Shown here: one piece after another, positions 15,501 through 17,531 of the stretch
How the letters are laid out: every line of letters begins with the position of its first letter
Numbering within the stretch: position 1 is the stretch's first letter
NCBI GenBank assembly: GCA_040326155.1
Contig: JBEQLE010000083.1
Span: forward strand, 1 to 17,531
DNA length: 17,531 nt
Reading direction: 5' to 3'
Origin: Leptospirales bacterium
GTDB lineage: Bacteria; Spirochaetota; Leptospiria; Turneriellales; JAOUFE01
Translations under genes and position numbers: made by a program
Notes under the pieces: generated by a model
Database searches by the model: none
Seen by the model: only the letters and a program-made list of their open reading frames with translations
What the model was told of the DNA's origin: nothing

Positions 15501-17397
15501 TTCCATTGCCGATGTTCGTATTTACAACCGTGTTTTAAACGATGGCGAAATAAACGAGCTGGCGCAAGACGCTGACTCGGCGCAAGTGAGTAATAGTAGC
15601 TATAGCAAAGGTGCGACGGGGCTGTTGAGCCATTATGAACTGGCATTCCCCGTTCATTTGCAAAACGACGGTCCTTTACTGAATCTAACTGCGTCCTCAG
15701 GCACAAGTACGACTGGCAAAGATGGAGACGCTAGTGGCGCTGATATTTTTAATGCAGACACCTCGCAATTTCTATCTGGACCCGACACAGGCTTACCAAT
15801 GAATGCTCATCCACGTACTATGTGCACTTGGCTAAACCCGTATTCTTATCCGGCTGCTGGGAGTTGGGGTGGATTAATAGGCTATGGTAAGAATGCTAAT
15901 ACCCTACAATCGGCACTTACTATATATAATGATGGAGCAGGAAACCCTGGCCTGATCACTTTCGACATTGAGTTTAGTGATGTTACCTCCACCGTCGGTG
16001 TTCCACTTCATTCATGGAGTCACGTATGTGTGACGCTCGATATTAATAAGCTTGCAACTTTATACTTGAATGGTTCACAGGTGGGCAACGGGACACTTTC
16101 TTCCATTGCTACAGACGCTACCGGGGGAACGGTCTACCTTGGCAGTGACTTTGGTGCCGGGTCTTATTTTGACGGAATAATAGACGATGTCCGCATTTAC
16201 AACAATGCTCTGAGTGCCGATCAAATTCGCCAACTGGCCGTGCAGGTGCCGAGTGGTCTTGTGGCACACTATGATTTTACTGGTGATAAAAAAGATGCGA
16301 GCGGGTGGGGGAATGATCTATCTGGTAATGCTGCTTATACTGCCACAGGCGACAGGTTTGGCGCGGGTGCATATACTTTTAACGGTAGCCAGTCTCTGAC
16401 GAATACCAACTCGACCTCATTGCCACTTACCAACCAGGCGCGAACCATGTGCGCCTGGTTTAAACCAAAAAACTACCCAACGAGTGCGGGTGTGTACTCT
16501 TTGGTGACTCACGGAGCTACAGGGGCGAACCTCGGGCACACGGTGGTTTTACGAGATATTGGCGGCGTAAATGAACTTGTGTCCGGGTATTGGACGGTAA
16601 ACGACGCTATTTTAAAGCCTTATAATCAATATACTGCGGACACATGGCAACACTTCTGTGCAACGCATAGTACTACGGAAAACAAGTTGTATTTAAACGG
16701 ACTCGAGGTTGCAAACGGAACACCGAACACTTTAACGATCGCATCGTCCATTTTGTATCTTGGCACCGACCAGAGTTCCTATTATTTTAAAGGGTCACTC
16801 GACGACGTAAGAGTTTACAACCGGGCTCTGGGCCCAAGTGAAATTAAGGCGCTGGTACAGCAGCCGAACAAGAAACTCATGGTTACGGCGGCAACCCATA
16901 GCGGAGATTTCATAAACTACGCGGGTGGTGTTGCAACGGGTATAGCCGGGGCCGATGCAATGTGCCAGGCTGAATTCGGCACAACTTATAAAGCACTGAT
17001 TGTCGATGATATCAATCGCAGAGCTTGCACTACGGGAAATTGCATTACAGGTACGGCACTTTCAGGTATTACCCAAAACATAGACTGGGTACTTCGCCCG
17101 AATGTGACATACACCAGACCTGATGGAATACCTCTTTTTACCGCCGACGGGAACGGGGTATGGAATTTTGCCACCTCGTGGTATTCACCATACTCCGCTT
17201 CATTACAAATTCATTATACCGGATTAACCGGAAACTGGCTCACCAACGCAACGACGAACCTTTGTCAAGGTTGGACAAGCCCAATTGTTACTGATACGAC
17301 TATATCGGGAAGAGAGGATAGAGTCGATAGCACTTCAATAAGTTTTGGTGTTTCAAACTGTAGTGTTAACTACTCTTTATACTGTGTAGAGCAATAA
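12547..17397 (+). CDS. 1616-aa mosaic surface lipoprotein/adhesin: ~3 Ig/Calx-beta-like repeats, NHL-type beta-propeller, 3 LamG/pentraxin-like domains, C-terminal DUF1554 (Len/endostatin-like)
   Basis: Lipoprotein-like signal ending in Cys24. Ig-like repeats ~12660-13680 (LAAKPTHDVSV, LSCAPSANVTV, LSCDPG). NHL-like region ~13980-14840 (GFQDGDLLKAKFTTPHGITTDG-LYVTDSGNHRIRKI). LamG domains at ~14845-15565, ~15616-16240 and ~16252-16860, each ending DVR[IV]YNxxL. DUF1554 at ~16870-17394 (GIAGADAMC, YKALIVD, RRACTTGNC, DWVLRPN, YCVEQ). Confidence 0.9.
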   Translation: MKGQKSLFYLLSIFICLTIAGIQCSAVNKITTIFKGDGSLIFSETELDIAEGALAGNFNITLAAKPTHDVSVSLAVSDDTEIIISPENITFTSDDYDIPRVIVVYGIADCTTDGDQNSIISVTEVTSKDTRFRSSSNSYLLVNEVDVTIRDNALNVPELLILSDKTTLETSESGANDKFLVSLSCAPSANVTVNLASSNLAEGILDTATVNLDADNYATGQLVTVTGQSDCTLEPDQNYSITANIVLAGLTDPVTDLVFSGLNDSINVTNANVEMTKQLMISSAGAQMNRGTGSFNNFQVKLSCDPGADFDMTVVVNNLGSYTLHSPSPSPHTFLTADWATPVDIITEVTSDLDGAYSITLTPLDGSYPAETVYFTDSPTKRITITTAGLAAGESYEIQNFTDKKDIGSDGASIWWAVNGDPYAFKISRQPIGQVCGIKEKQDGTVVAVMSLTINCASGYPTSQNVIDIAQGPLDYRLYQGKVTDAIISWGAVAPASLSNPAGLVYLQGDIKVITDTSNGRLLKLDAAGTMSELIAAGTLVNGIALSAPRHPVTDGVNLYFSDNGNSRVLKVDMSGNFLAEYSAGSISGLAIDVANQILYMAVRNASGTIKRLDLPTGIFLADIIDAKLTNNEDLVLLNGDLYVTVIGHDTIVKVTDPGAASESIDVFAGIVDTAGFQDGDLLKAKFTTPHGITTDGTDLYVTDSGNHRIRKIDLSKNIVTTIAGAGAGSATGVGVAARFINPLAVVSDGRNFYIADLNSVYKITDNGLVGYWPLGSAQPGVTVNANDYNSDNATQNTGTLGAIPGVADAADPSFVANSGRYGTDGAFSFDGGDYISATDTNLPMGTAPRTMCAWAKPTSYPGLNTHFVIAHYGGGAVNEEFNIGISNIGQLKPGSSPPVYDIDNQTVSFIAVDSTLVRPSGALDYFVPSKIPLNKWSHICATYNGSEITLLVNGKQIGTATRGISTTPSNFSIGARGVAHKFEGSIADVRIYNRVLNDGEINELAQDADSAQVSNSSYSKGATGLLSHYELAFPVHLQNDGPLLNLTASSGTSTTGKDGDASGADIFNADTSQFLSGPDTGLPMNAHPRTMCTWLNPYSYPAAGSWGGLIGYGKNANTLQSALTIYNDGAGNPGLITFDIEFSDVTSTVGVPLHSWSHVCVTLDINKLATLYLNGSQVGNGTLSSIATDATGGTVYLGSDFGAGSYFDGIIDDVRIYNNALSADQIRQLAVQVPSGLVAHYDFTGDKKDASGWGNDLSGNAAYTATGDRFGAGAYTFNGSQSLTNTNSTSLPLTNQARTMCAWFKPKNYPTSAGVYSLVTHGATGANLGHTVVLRDIGGVNELVSGYWTVNDAILKPYNQYTADTWQHFCATHSTTENKLYLNGLEVANGTPNTLTIASSILYLGTDQSSYYFKGSLDDVRVYNRALGPSEIKALVQQPNKKLMVTAATHSGDFINYAGGVATGIAGADAMCQAEFGTTYKALIVDDINRRACTTGNCITGTALSGITQNIDWVLRPNVTYTRPDGIPLFTADGNGVWNFATSWYSPYSASLQIHYTGLTGNWLTNATTNLCQGWTSPIVTDTTISGREDRVDSTSISFGVSNCSVNYSLYCVEQ

Positions 17398-17488
17398 CTT
17401 TTGCCAGTTAAGAAGTTCTATAAAAATAGAATCATTAAGATTTAAAGGTAAAAGCGTGCTTATTCCTCCGCGCGGTTTTTCGCCTTTT

Positions 17489-17524
17489 CCCTCGCTCCGG
17501 CCGCATTCGCGTCCTCCGCTACCC
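17489..17524 (-). repeat. Dispersed structured element, copy 3 (core only)
   Basis: CCCTCGCTCCGGC matches 1283-1295 at 12/13. CCTCCGCTACCC matches 1317-1328 at 10/12. The two blocks enclose a different short hairpin, cgc-attc-gcg. Confidence 0.65.
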
Positions 17525-17531
17525 AATACGA

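Noticed and set aside
1299..17174. Short antisense or alternative-frame ORFs in the track (e.g. 1299-1484, 1643-1843, 2884-3117, 5264-5554, 9860-10195, 11536-11733, 13597-14070, 14644-14934)
   Set aside because: They are shadows of well-supported genes or repeats and have no protein motifs.
16870..17531. DGR variable region in the C-terminal lectin-like DUF1554 domain
   Set aside because: No template repeat, adenine-variant duplicate or reverse transcriptase in the window. It cannot be excluded beyond the right edge.
1..17531. CRISPR array, tRNA/rRNA, integrase/transposase, phage genes
   Set aside because: No regularly spaced repeats, cloverleaf with T-loop consensus, or recombinase/phage structural motifs were seen.

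Overview
AT-rich bacterial window, probably from a spirochaete of the Leptospirales type. This is inferred from a C-terminal DUF1554/Len-type domain and a spirochaetal-style lipoprotein signal. It is an accessory, cell-envelope-rich region. Contents, left to right: the 5' end of a gene running off the left edge; two paralogous exported HExxH (gluzincin-like) proteins (187-1176 and 3684-4790, minus strand); between them a HigBA-type toxin-antitoxin pair and a class III cyclase with an in-frame internal deletion; a plus-strand ankyrin / beta-helix / DUF2845 cluster; a RoxA-like di-heme cytochrome c lipoprotein; a small exported protein; a SAM methyltransferase; and a 1616-aa mosaic surface lipoprotein (Ig/Calx-beta-like, NHL, 3x LamG/pentraxin-like, DUF1554). 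The most unusual signals are non-coding. There is a dispersed element in three same-strand copies with conserved ends and an internal hairpin that changes sequence but keeps its pairing, a candidate multi-helix RNA upstream of the methyltransferase, and an orphan, truncated c-di-GMP-I (GEMM)-like motif. No CRISPR array, tRNA/rRNA, integrase, transposase or reverse transcriptase is visible. All family assignments come from motif recognition by eye, not database searches.
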